Positions 1-9,496 of a stretch of DNA of 64,000 nucleotides are shown here, piece after piece (the stretch's first letter is position 1; each line of letters starts with the position of its first letter). A program made the position numbers and the translations under genes. The stretch is taken from contig CAWCKY010000006.1 in NCBI GenBank assembly GCA_963796275.1, forward strand, positions 2,464,001 through 2,528,000, written 5' to 3'. A model generated the notes under the pieces. The model was not told the DNA's origin, did no database searches, and saw nothing but the letters and a program-made list of their open reading frames with translations. Source of the stretch: an uncultured Acidobacteriota bacterium. GTDB taxonomy: Bacteria; Acidobacteriota; Blastocatellia; RBC074.

Positions 1-1
1 A

Positions 2-307
2 ACTCTGATTGAGCGAGAAGTCTGGGAAAACATAATGGAGCAATTGGGAAGTAGTCTTTCAGCATCATCACGGCGGGCCAACCTGATGATCGAAGGGCTT
101 GAATTGGCTAATAGTCGTGGACGCGTTTTACATATCGGCGAATGCCGGATTCGAGTCTACGGTGAAACTAAACCGTGTGAGCGGATGGACGAGGTATTAC
201 CCGGGCTGAAGGATGCGATGTATGGTGGCTGGAAGGGAGGCGCATATGGAGAGGTGCTTAATGACGGGCAAATAAAGGCAGGGGATGAGGTTTGGTGGTC
301 AGAGTAG
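2..307 (+). CDS. MOSC domain-containing protein (5'-partial)
   Basis: The frame is open from the window edge. RRANLMIEG...[18 protein letters not shown]...[16 protein letters not shown] matches the MOSC C-terminal pattern with its conserved Cys. Confidence 0.85.
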   Translation, partial: TLIEREVWENIMEQLGSSLSASSRRANLMIEGLELANSRGRVLHIGECRIRVYGETKPCERMDEVLPGLKDAMYGGWKGGAYGEVLNDGQIKAGDEVWWSE

Positions 308-498
308 GGAGGGAATTTAGGAGAAAGTTAGTTGTTAACCGCTCACAGCTCCAGATATCCGATTTTAAAATCGCTGTGGAGTAGTTCATTCCTAGTTCAT
401 TCCAAGCCGCACAGCGATGGCCTGAATGACGGCGTCGCCCGCAACACCGTACATCATTGTGAACTCAGCGCCGCCAATGACAGCCTGCTGCGATTTCG

Positions 499-690
499 TT
501 AGAGAGTTGCCTGAGTCTCCTCCAGAGCTTTTTTTAAAGCTGCCCTTGCAAGCAGGCGCGTCGAATCCAACTGCGGTAACGGACTATCGTCAGGGCGCAT
601 AATCAGAGGTATCTCCGTACATCCGAGCACAACTGCATCACATCCTCGTTCCTTCAACTTATCAGTCACATCATTGAAATAGATTCTTCT
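499..690 (-). pseudogene. Aspartate/glutamate racemase C-terminal remnant
   Basis: GCDAVVLGCTEIPL...DSTRLLARAA is the second catalytic Cys motif of Asp/Glu racemases. The N-terminal half is absent and the upstream part of the ORF overlaps the S9 gene. Confidence 0.75.
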
Positions 691-745
691 CAGCGCTGCA
701 AGCGACAATTCCAATGTGTTGAGCCATAAATCCCTCGACCTCGTG

Positions 746-2821
746 TTACTTGAGATACTTCTCGAACCAGCTGACGACGCGGCGCATGAAGTCCTCCTGG
801 TGCGCGCGTTCGGCAATTCCGTGACCCTCGCGTGGGTACGTAACGAACTCAACCGGAACAGCCTTCCACTTTAGCGCAGTGTACATCTCCTGTGACTGGC
901 TGATCGGCACGCGCGGATCGGCAGCGCCGTGAACGATCAGCATTGGCGTGTTCGCGCGTTTGATGTGAGCGATCGGCGATCGCTCCCAATAGAGAGCATA
1001 ATTGTCGTACATGATCGCATCCCAGTGGACGGTCGAGTTCTCTAGGAAGATGTCCGAAGTGCCCGTCATGCTGTGCCAGTTTGAGATGCCCGCGAACATG
1101 ACGGCCGCTTTAAATCGGTCACTTCCATAAGTGGCCGCCCACGCACTTGTGTAGCCGCCATAGCTGCCACCTCCGATGCCGATCCGATTTGCATCGGCGA
1201 TTCCGACTTTCAATAGGTGATCGAGGCCTGCCAGCATATCCTGGAATTCCTTGCCCATCAGATCGCGATGGTCAGCCATTGCGTACTTCGGCCCGCGACC
1301 GATACTGCCGCGATAGTTCGGGTAGAAAGTCACGAACCCGCGCCCAGCGAGCATTTGTCCCCATTGCGAATAGGTGCCCAGCCAGCCGTTGAGGTCGGCC
1401 GCCTCCGGTCCGCCATGTGGCTGCATGACAACCGGGTATCGCTGGCCTGCCCGATATCCCACTGGCTTGACGATCACGCCTTCGATATCGAGACCGTCAA
1501 CCGATTTCCAGCGTACGATCTCTTGCTGGCCGAGAGCTACCTGGTCCAGGCGTGGGTTCAAATTCGTCAGCCGCTTCGGGTTAGAGCCGCCGGCGCCTGT
1601 CTCGGAGACCTCGGACACGAAGACCTCAGCCGGGTGCGACGGCGAGTTGGCTGCAAACGCCACGCGCTTGCCATCCCGGCTGAAGCTCAGGCCTCTAGTA
1701 AGCGAGAGGCTTCCGGTCGGGATGGGAGTACGGGTTTTCGAGGCGAGCGAGAGCATATATGCTCTGGTGTCTTGCCGCTCGATCCCGACGAAGGCGAGTG
1801 TGCTCGGTTCTTTCGGAACCCACGAGAGCGAGACAGCCGTGCCTTCGTATTGCGGCATCAGGTTCTCTGGAGTCCCTCCGGCGGCAGGCGCGACGAAGGC
1901 GCTGCCGGCGAACGGATCATTCAATGCCGTGGCGCCGAGCCACGCGATCCACTTACCATCAAGCGACCAGCGCGGCTGGCTCAATTTGCCAGCTGTTTTC
2001 GCGACGAGTTTCGGCGCCCCGCCGGAAAGCGGCACGGTCAATATCTTCAGCTTCATGAACGAATCGTCCACGGAGGGCGTCTCGGCCGCCGCGACGACTA
2101 ACTGACGCCCGTCAGGCGACCAATCGAAGTCGTGGACCGAAAGGTCAGTCGTCGTAACTAGGTGGCTCTTTTTCGAGGCAATCTCGATCGCATACAGCCG
2201 AATGTGTTTGTAGTTGTGATCGGCGACGACCCAGTCCTTACCCTTGCGTTCGGCTTCTTGCTCTTCCTTCGTCTTGGGAGTTGTTACTGTATAGGCGAGC
2301 CACTTCCCGTCCGGCGACCATTTGAACATAACTACCGAATTCTCCGCATTCGTTACGCGGCGTGCCTCGCCGCCGTCTACCGGGATGATATATATCTGCG
2401 TGTGCTCGAACCCGGGGCGGCGCGAGAGGAAAGCGATCGTTTGCCCATCGGGTGACCATTGCGCTGCGCGCTCGCCCTCCTCGCTTGTCGTGAAACGCAA
2501 CGGCTCGCCGCCCCCAGCCGCGACTCGCCACAATTCGGAAATGGAGCCGCCGAGTTTTTCGTCGGCAGTGCGCGGACGCGACACCTGGAAAATGATACGC
2601 GATCCGTCGGGCGATATCTGCGCGTCGGTCACCTGGCGAATGCCCAGGATCAGCTCGGGCGTGAGGACATTGTCCTGCGCCCAAACATGCCCAGTCCATA
2701 CGGCTATCAAAAGACATAGCATCAGGAACGATGCGGTCGCTCTCCGGCGTATCCTCGTAATCTCGAATGGAACCGGTGAACAGGATATAAATGGCCCAGA
2801 TGTCATGTTGCGAAATAGCAT
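746..2821 (-). CDS. S9 family peptidase (prolyl oligopeptidase/acylaminoacyl peptidase-like), secreted
   Basis: Signal-like N-terminus, PD40/WSPDG propeller repeats, HGGP, the GGSYGG nucleophile elbow, the DPRVP Asp and the EGH His. The true start may lie downstream of 2821. Confidence 0.93.
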   Translation of the reverse strand: MLFRNMTSGPFISCSPVPFEITRIRRRATASFLMLCLLIAVWTGHVWAQDNVLTPELILGIRQVTDAQISPDGSRIIFQVSRPRTADEKLGGSISELWRVAAGGGEPLRFTTSEEGERAAQWSPDGQTIAFLSRRPGFEHTQIYIIPVDGGEARRVTNAENSVVMFKWSPDGKWLAYTVTTPKTKEEQEAERKGKDWVVADHNYKHIRLYAIEIASKKSHLVTTTDLSVHDFDWSPDGRQLVVAAAETPSVDDSFMKLKILTVPLSGGAPKLVAKTAGKLSQPRWSLDGKWIAWLGATALNDPFAGSAFVAPAAGGTPENLMPQYEGTAVSLSWVPKEPSTLAFVGIERQDTRAYMLSLASKTRTPIPTGSLSLTRGLSFSRDGKRVAFAANSPSHPAEVFVSEVSETGAGGSNPKRLTNLNPRLDQVALGQQEIVRWKSVDGLDIEGVIVKPVGYRAGQRYPVVMQPHGGPEAADLNGWLGTYSQWGQMLAGRGFVTFYPNYRGSIGRGPKYAMADHRDLMGKEFQDMLAGLDHLLKVGIADANRIGIGGGSYGGYTSAWAATYGSDRFKAAVMFAGISNWHSMTGTSDIFLENSTVHWDAIMYDNYALYWERSPIAHIKRANTPMLIVHGAADPRVPISQSQEMYTALKWKAVPVEFVTYPREGHGIAERAHQEDFMRRVVSWFEKYLK

Positions 2822-2824
2822 AAT

Positions 2825-3350
2825 CTAAAACCTCAATGCGATACTCCATCCATAGCTAACAACTTGGTGAGCTTGGGTGGAGAGGAATTTTGATTGAAGG
2901 AAGCGCGGAGGGGTAACCCTCCTGCTTTCTTCGATGACATTTCATGGTGTGATTCACTCAAATAACTCAAGACTGTGCAAATAAAAGTCAATTGGAATCA
3001 GCATTTTCGGACCTGAGCGCCAGAGACGCGGGATGTTTATAGTATTCGATCACCAAAGTCTCACGAGCTCCGGAGGAGCTACATGTAGGCATTCATATGT
3101 CGCTCCTCCAGAGCTCAGGTTATGGCTAGGATCGTGATCTATAGACATTACGCGCCTCCGGCGCTATGAGATGCGAGACTTTTGATTCTGTTGGATTTTA
3201 ATTTGCACACGCTTCAAATAACGTAGCCCGATAATCGAGAGTTACAGCTGCATTCGATCCTGGCTGGGGCTGGTCACCATGAGCTTGTCCCGTCTTTCTA
3301 CCACACAAGCCGCCACTATAGCCCGTCGGGGCTTCGCGGTGGTCGTTGAC
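2825..3350 (-). mobile_element. Non-autonomous IS200/IS605-type (IscB/OMEGA) remnant: omegaRNA/HEARO 5' part plus right-end hairpin, no ORF
   Basis: The minus strand reads GTCAACGACCACCGC...GGCTTGTG...ACAAGCTC..GGTGACCAGCCCCAGCC...GGGCTACGTTATTTGA|GTGAATCACACC, the HEARO 5' pattern. It ends in the AATTCCTCTCCACCCA...TGGATGGAGTATC..TTGAGG hairpin typical of IscB element ends. Confidence 0.72.
2967..3213. mobile_element. MITE-like palindromic insertion carrying REP-like hairpins
   Basis: Imperfect terminal IRs TGTGCAAATAAAAGTCAATTGGAATCA / TGTGCAAATTAAAATCCAACAGAATCA. Flanking direct repeat TCAAATAAC at 2958-2966 and 3214-3222. Internal palindrome GAGCTCCGGAGGAGCTACATGT...ATATGTCGCTCCTCCAGAGCTC. 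Confidence 0.72.
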
Positions 3351-3503
3351 TCCTCCTAATCAAATTAACTTTAAGTATACGACTGAATTCCCCATTTCTC
3401 TCGTCCCAGGCAAAGGGGAGCCCTATGCTTCCTGTTTGAGATGGAAGAGAACGAGAATATGACGGACAGAGACACTCTTACAGATGAGCGGCATGTCGCA
3501 GCG

Positions 3504-6500
3504 CTAAAATTTCAGCTTGATTCCATATTGGATCTGCCGCGGATTCGCGACATCGCGCGGCGTGCCAAATCCCAGAATTGGATTGGGGGGCAAACTGAGA
3601 TCAGTCCCTCCGTAAAGCGTATTTAGATCCGTGATATTGACGCGATTGGACAAGTTGAAGAAATCGATAGTGAATTCGGCGCGGATGCGCTCGCCCATGC
3701 GAACTTCGCGCGCGATGCGCAGGTCGAAGCCGGCAAATCCGGATCCTTCCAGCGTGTTGCGCCCGAGCACCCCGGGGCGGTCGCTGGTCGGGTTGCCATC
3801 GCCATTTGCGTCAGAGCCCGCAAAGACCGTGAAGAACCGGCCGCTTTGGGCAGTGAGGATCGAACTGAACCTGAAATCGCCCACGATGGGCACGCTAGTG
3901 GGAATTTGACTGACGAATGCCAGAGTGTAGCGGTGGCGAGCGTGTTGTCGTGAAAGCGCGCGTTCCAAATTTCGATCAGGGTTCTCGGGAAAGTCATTGA
4001 CCGCAGCCACGGATTCGGTGTTGCTTATGGTCTGTGAGTAAGTATAGCTGCTGTGAAAACTGAAGCCCCGGGCGAACCGCTTCTGGAGTTCGAAACTTCC
4101 GCCGTTAAAAATAGAGTATCCGCCGTTGTCGAAAACAAAGAAGTCGCCTACCTCTGGAAATCTTCTTGCCCCAATGATGGGCTTGCCGCTGGATTGTATT
4201 CCGGTCTGTAAGCCGTTGAGCATGCCGGTAGGCGCCATTAGCTTGAGCGCGTGGACATACAAGTATCGCGCAGACACGGCCACGCCGCCGCCGATCTCAT
4301 GCGAAATCTCTACGCTCGCTTGCTCGGCGTAAGGCGTGCGGAGGGTTCCGGAGAGGTTTCCATTGAGGCCCGGGTTGATGACACCGCCGACCATCGGCGT
4401 CGTTGGGACCTGCCCGGTTGTGGTGAAGGTGAGCGTGGCAGGAGGCGCCAGGACCGGGCCGCGCACCGTGGGATTGATAAACCGGCCTCGCACGGGCGGG
4501 ATGCCCGGATATAGAACCTGAGAGTTCGGCAAATACCCGGTGCCGTTGAAAATGTTGGGACCGATCATCTGCCCTATACCGCTCGAAGCGACACGGTCGC
4601 TGAAAATCCCGAATCCGGCGCGAACGACAGTGCGCTGTCTTATGGCATAAGCCAGCCCCAGGCGCGGCTGAAAGTTGTTGAGGTCCTCGCGCAGGACGAT
4701 ATCATCGGGGTAGGTTTCAAAGTCGTAACGGAGCCCGTAGGTGAGCGTCAGTTTGGACGTCGCCTTCCACTCATCCTGGGCAAAAAAACCAAAACTATTA
4801 TGATCGAATCTGATGATGGTGAGGGGCTGATATGGCGCGGGAACGGCTTGCGTAAACGGGACTGGCGCCGGCGCCCCCTGCGTGGTACCGGTGGGGACTG
4901 GCCACCAGAAGACCACCGGAGTATGGTTGAAAAAAGTCGGCCCGGGGCCGCCCAGGTTCGTAAAGATCACGCGAGCGGGGAAGAACAGATTCCATACGGT
5001 CGTGTCGCGGATGTTGTTAAAGTCAGCCCCGAACTTCAAGGCATGACTCGCACGCGTGTAGCTGAAGCTGTCAGATATCTGTAGTCGTGATTCGCGGTAG
5101 AAGTCGGCATCCGAGGTGCTCTTTCCGGTCAGAAGTAGATTCGAGACTTCGAGGTCAGGTTCCATGAGCGCCGATGGAAAATCGAAACTACGTCGCGCCC
5201 ACTGAACCCGCGCTTCGTTGACCTTGTTTGCCCCGATCAGCGCAATATCGCTCACCACGAACGACTGGTCGAGCAAAAAGTTATTTCTCGCGGTTGACGA
5301 TGCCGGTGACGCGCGCCCGCCTCCGCCAAGAAACCCCAGCGTCGTTGAATCCAGTAGATTGTAACGGGCGAAAAGGCTGTTGCCGTCTGTGAGTTTGAAA
5401 TCCAGCTTCGCGAGGAAACCGTCATAATCGTTGCTTCGAAGCAGGTCCGGCGTTTCAGGCGTCAACCGGTAGAATCTTTTCACTTCGTTAATCGTATTCG
5501 GCTGGCTGCCGTCGGCAGGCCCGAGGTTATCGAGGATGATTTTCGAGAATTTATTCGACTCAGCGCGGCGCTGACCCTCGTAGTTGCCGAAGAAGAACAT
5601 CTTGTCCTTCCTGACAGGGCCGCCAATGGTTGCCCCGTACTGGTTTTGCCGCAAAGCATAGCTCGGCGTGGTCAGCAGTGGCCGCGCGTTGACCGCATCG
5701 TTCATCCCGAAGTAATAGGCCGAGCCGTGAAGTTGGTTCGTACCGGATTTGGTGATGATGTTGACGAAGCCGCCTAGCGCCCGGCCATATTCGGCCAGGT
5801 AGGTGCTGTTGAGCACGCGGAACTCGTTGGCCGCTTCCTGCGAGGGAGTGGCGCGCGGCAGTCCCGTAAAAGTCTGGACATTATCCGCGCCGTCCACGAG
5901 GATCATCGTGTGCATCTCTTTTTGGCCGCCGAACGCTAAGCGAGGCGCGGCAGCTTGTCCCACACCTGTGTCGGGTTCCTTGAAGGCTCCGCCGCCGATG
6001 TTCTCCCGGCCAGGGGCCACAAAGGCTGACAGCTTGACGAAGTCAACGAAGTTGCGTCCGATGTTGGGCAAGGATTCGATCTGCCGGGCCTCGATCACGC
6101 GGCTCAGTTCCGCCCTGGTGGTCTCAATGAGCGGTTCCTCCTGTTTGACATCAATCACCTCGCTCACCTCTCCGACCTGCAGAGTCATATCCGCCACCGT
6201 CGCCCCACCGACGCTCAAGACTACACCGGTTTGCATCGCCGTCTTGAAACCGGCGCGCTCAGCGCGGAGCTCGTATTGCCCAGGCTCCAAATTGGTGAGG
6301 CTGTAACGACCCGCGCTGTCAGACGCGGTCTCACGCGTTGCCCCCGTGCCCCTGTTCCTCGCGCTGATCCTCACACTGGGGAGGACACTGCCGGCTGAAT
6401 CCTGGACCACTCCCGAGAGGGTCGCCGTGGTGGTCTGCCCTGATGCGATTACCCCTGCGAGTAACATAGCCAATAGAAAACTATTCAAGCGGCTCGCTAT

Positions 6501-6533
6501 AATCGCAGAAGCCTGGTGCAGTCTTATAATCAT
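3504..6533 (-). CDS. TonB-dependent receptor, Oar-like, with carboxypeptidase-regulatory-like N-domain
   Basis: LSGVVQDSAG...TGATRETASDSAGRYSL; AEYGRALGGFVNIITKSGTN; C-terminal PRQIQYGIKLKF. The start is placed at MIIRL, which follows a GGAGG RBS. Confidence 0.93.
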   Translation of the reverse strand: MIIRLHQASAIIASRLNSFLLAMLLAGVIASGQTTTATLSGVVQDSAGSVLPSVRISARNRGTGATRETASDSAGRYSLTNLEPGQYELRAERAGFKTAMQTGVVLSVGGATVADMTLQVGEVSEVIDVKQEEPLIETTRAELSRVIEARQIESLPNIGRNFVDFVKLSAFVAPGRENIGGGAFKEPDTGVGQAAAPRLAFGGQKEMHTMILVDGADNVQTFTGLPRATPSQEAANEFRVLNSTYLAEYGRALGGFVNIITKSGTNQLHGSAYYFGMNDAVNARPLLTTPSYALRQNQYGATIGGPVRKDKMFFFGNYEGQRRAESNKFSKIILDNLGPADGSQPNTINEVKRFYRLTPETPDLLRSNDYDGFLAKLDFKLTDGNSLFARYNLLDSTTLGFLGGGGRASPASSTARNNFLLDQSFVVSDIALIGANKVNEARVQWARRSFDFPSALMEPDLEVSNLLLTGKSTSDADFYRESRLQISDSFSYTRASHALKFGADFNNIRDTTVWNLFFPARVIFTNLGGPGPTFFNHTPVVFWWPVPTGTTQGAPAPVPFTQAVPAPYQPLTIIRFDHNSFGFFAQDEWKATSKLTLTYGLRYDFETYPDDIVLREDLNNFQPRLGLAYAIRQRTVVRAGFGIFSDRVASSGIGQMIGPNIFNGTGYLPNSQVLYPGIPPVRGRFINPTVRGPVLAPPATLTFTTTGQVPTTPMVGGVINPGLNGNLSGTLRTPYAEQASVEISHEIGGGVAVSARYLYVHALKLMAPTGMLNGLQTGIQSSGKPIIGARRFPEVGDFFVFDNGGYSIFNGGSFELQKRFARGFSFHSSYTYSQTISNTESVAAVNDFPENPDRNLERALSRQHARHRYTLAFVSQIPTSVPIVGDFRFSSILTAQSGRFFTVFAGSDANGDGNPTSDRPGVLGRNTLEGSGFAGFDLRIAREVRMGERIRAEFTIDFFNLSNRVNITDLNTLYGGTDLSLPPNPILGFGTPRDVANPRQIQYGIKLKF

Positions 6534-6739
6534 ATTCTTGTTGCCTCCGGCGAATGTTTCGTTCTTAAGATATCGCCCTCGTAAGAAAGCGAGGTATACG
6601 GCCAAGGCGGATTACATTTGTCAGATACTCCCGAAAGATATTCTACATAATGGCTGAACTCGTCAATTCAAATGACCAGAAGCGTCAAAGCCTTAGATTC
6701 GATCGAGCGTTGTGAACGCTGGATGAATGACGAATTAAG

Positions 6740-6950
6740 ATGGCGGCCGAACGTCCTGAGATATTTCCAGTCCATCTTCGAAAAGCCCGGTAAAACGAAC
6801 TTACCTGTGAACCCGAGAAAATGGGATATCTCATCAATTTCTATCTGCCGTTCAGTTTACAAATCAACGGCGAGATCGCGGGGCAGGCGATCCAGCGCCT
6901 CTTGATACGAAGTTCCTTGCTTCTTGAGTTTTCACTGAAGATCGCGGTAA
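6740..6950 (-). pseudogene. Degenerate AraC-family HTH remnant
   Basis: Translating across stops and frameshifts gives KLKKQGTSYQEALDRLPRDLA..TERQIEIDEISHFLGF..SSFYRAF..WTG, the C-terminal AraC pattern. Confidence 0.6.
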
Positions 6951-7333
6951 CTGAGCGCTAATTTTCCGGGCCGTCGTTTTCAATCGAATATCCCACCTAC
7001 CCCACCTACTATGTCACCTGACATCCAAACATTCCTGTATATCTTGGTGCTCGAAAATAAAAAAGAGCGTACGAACTATACTTCCCCTTTTTTTCTGCAT
7101 ACAAGCGCATTAATCTGGTCTGCAGGTAGTGGCGGGTGAGTGATTACAAGCTGAAGGCTGCCGGTAAATATTGTCAGCAGTGTGTTTAAAGTTCCCGGAA
7201 GAGCTGACTGGAAGTCCACTGTTATTTGCGAGCCTGCAAGTACCCAGTAATGTATTTCTAAAAATCAGGCCGAGATGTCGAAGACCGCGGGATCTATTCG
7301 ATTGACTGGTACAAGTAAGAACCACGGAGAACG

Positions 7334-7372
7334 GTGAGATCACGAAGATTACCATCATCTTCGTGATCTCAC
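7334..7372 (-). terminator. Perfect 16-bp stem-loop just after the haloperoxidase stop
   Basis: GTGAGATCACGAAGAT-taccatc-ATCTTCGTGATCTCAC, 4 nt beyond the stop codon. There is no strong U tract. Confidence 0.6.
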
Positions 7373-7376
7373 TCAA

Positions 7377-8939
7377 TCACGCGAGCGCGGGGTTTGTGTT
7401 TAGCGCCATGGGCGTTCCTTCAAAACTCGTCAGATTGAAGCCCGAGAAGCCTTCGTTATAGGTCGCGTTGAAATCCGTCATAACGCTGGCCGCCGCACCC
7501 TGTCCCAGAAATATTCCCTCAATTTCGTCTCTCTGAAAATGTACTCCTGCCATGTTACGTCCTATTCCGGCATTAAGAGCCAGCTTGTTCAATTCACCGC
7601 CGATGGTCAGCGGCTCTCCTTTCCACGGCACCAGCGACAATCCATCATCGCTCGGTACCACCGGATTGGGGATCACGAAAGATTCGTTGAAGAAGGCCTT
7701 CAGCATGGTTACGCCGGCGGCGGTGAAGGTCGCGTTGCCGCCAGGGTAGGCCGGGTGTGTCGGGCATCCTTCGGGAAAGGCTTGTGGGCAGAGGTAAGTG
7801 CCGTTCTTGCTGAAGACTGAAGAGACCGCCATCGAGTCGAGCAGTTTTGAGTTGATCGGATACTGAGCTGCCCCGGCCATATGATTATGTATCCGTCCTC
7901 CGAACTCTTCAGGACGAATGCGGCGGTGGACAACCCATTTTTGATAATACGCCCCTTTCAGGGCATGATTTGCGGCGCGCGCGACGAGGTCTAAGATATG
8001 CGGCGCGCCGAAAGTGACAAAACCGGATTGAGACGACGAACCCTTGTATGGATTAGTCTCGTCGAGTGCCTCATTACCATAACTCAGAAGAATGAGAGTC
8101 GCGATCAGTGCGGCCTGATAGGGGAAATTGAGATGCGCCCAACTACCCAGCGCGCGGCCGTTATAAATATACCTCGGCGTATCATCGAAAGCCCCTTCTG
8201 AGCGAGCCGGGCTGCCGTTCTGAATATCGAGCCAGTCTTGATACGAGGTTATATGATCATTACCTCCGAGGTAGGTGCGGTAGCGCTGCTCATAAGAGGT
8301 GGTGCCGATCTTATAAGGCTGGAGGAGGAATTGCGAGATATAAGGACCGGTTTGAACGCCGGGGACATTTACGCGGAAAAGGGTTCCGGCATTGACATTC
8401 TGATAGGTTGAGAGACGCTTCAAATCGTCTATTGCGGCGGCGGTCAAAGTTTCATTACCATACTGTGAAAATGGTATATCGCGTGTCAGCGCAAGCCAAT
8501 AGCACTCGACCATTTCACCCGCGAACTCTTCACTATCGAAGCTCGGCGGCGGGTTAACAGTAAGTGTCTTTGAATCTGCTCCTTCAAGATCGAAGGCAAA
8601 TGCGCTCTGCGGATTGGCGAGCTTGGTAGATCCGGCAACCGGGACCTGTTCGAAATCGGATGGGTTGCGACTGCTGATAGCCTGCAGCAACCTTTTGTAC
8701 GCGCTCTCATCGACTTCGCCGAGCTTGTTATGAGGCAGCGCCTTACTAAAATTTGCAAATCCAGTAGGATATCTCCCTTCGTCTCCGTTATTCTGAGGCT
8801 CAGGAAAACTCCGGTTTAATTGAAAATCGGCCGCCTTCTTTCGTATTTCCAGAGCTTGCTCTTCCTTGGGTGCTTTGTCGGCCCACAATCGTGGAAAGAT
8901 TTTTGCCATACTAATACTTTGCCTTTCCCCGCATGACAA
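7377..8939 (-). CDS. Vanadium-dependent haloperoxidase family protein (VBPO-like) with altered motif 2
   Basis: FSKALPHNKLGEVD, QKWVVHRRIRPE (Lys/Arg), PEGCPTHPAYPGGNA, GELNKLALN, GRNMAGVHF (Arg and axial His). Confidence 0.9.
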   Translation of the reverse strand: MSCGERQSISMAKIFPRLWADKAPKEEQALEIRKKAADFQLNRSFPEPQNNGDEGRYPTGFANFSKALPHNKLGEVDESAYKRLLQAISSRNPSDFEQVPVAGSTKLANPQSAFAFDLEGADSKTLTVNPPPSFDSEEFAGEMVECYWLALTRDIPFSQYGNETLTAAAIDDLKRLSTYQNVNAGTLFRVNVPGVQTGPYISQFLLQPYKIGTTSYEQRYRTYLGGNDHITSYQDWLDIQNGSPARSEGAFDDTPRYIYNGRALGSWAHLNFPYQAALIATLILLSYGNEALDETNPYKGSSSQSGFVTFGAPHILDLVARAANHALKGAYYQKWVVHRRIRPEEFGGRIHNHMAGAAQYPINSKLLDSMAVSSVFSKNGTYLCPQAFPEGCPTHPAYPGGNATFTAAGVTMLKAFFNESFVIPNPVVPSDDGLSLVPWKGEPLTIGGELNKLALNAGIGRNMAGVHFQRDEIEGIFLGQGAAASVMTDFNATYNEGFSGFNLTSFEGTPMALNTNPALA

Positions 8940-9496
8940 TGCAGGTATAGATAGGGTTAGTCGAATGCCTAGTAGTAACTAAGCATTAATCTATTCGTTT
9001 TTTACTTGGGGAGTATTGCCTGCCAATCCGAAGCTGGGCACTGCTTCTCGGTGGATTTTCCGGCTCGAATGGTTCTTTGATTTTAGTGCCTCGGCGGAAT
9101 CAGATATACATCAATTTGAAGAGGAATGTAAACAATTTTCCCCTAGGCAAGCACAAAGCAAAAACAATTTGTTATTCGTATCAAGCAATAGGAACCGTTC
9201 TAACGGTGCGCTACCATGAATGGCTTCCATTCAACTGTAACGGTTCAATTCGTCAGTGGCCACGTAACATTAACCTAATAAATGTTGTGGTAGGCTAAAA
9301 ACGGAACCGTTATCTTACAGTATGAGCTTTGATTATACAGATGAATTAGAGGATGTTATTGAACTATCTGTAACTCAATTCGAGAAGGCATATAATTTGC
9401 TGTGAGTAACTAGAATATTCGCCAATTTGAAGTAGTCAGAGTTCGTAAAATCTGATTTCAAAGAATGTCAATTCCTTCGCTAATGGAAGGATAGAG

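Noticed and set aside
7110-7376. 88-aa ORF after the haloperoxidase as a possible peptide substrate
   Set aside because: It starts inside the perfect hairpin, and I see no RBS or recognisable precursor features.
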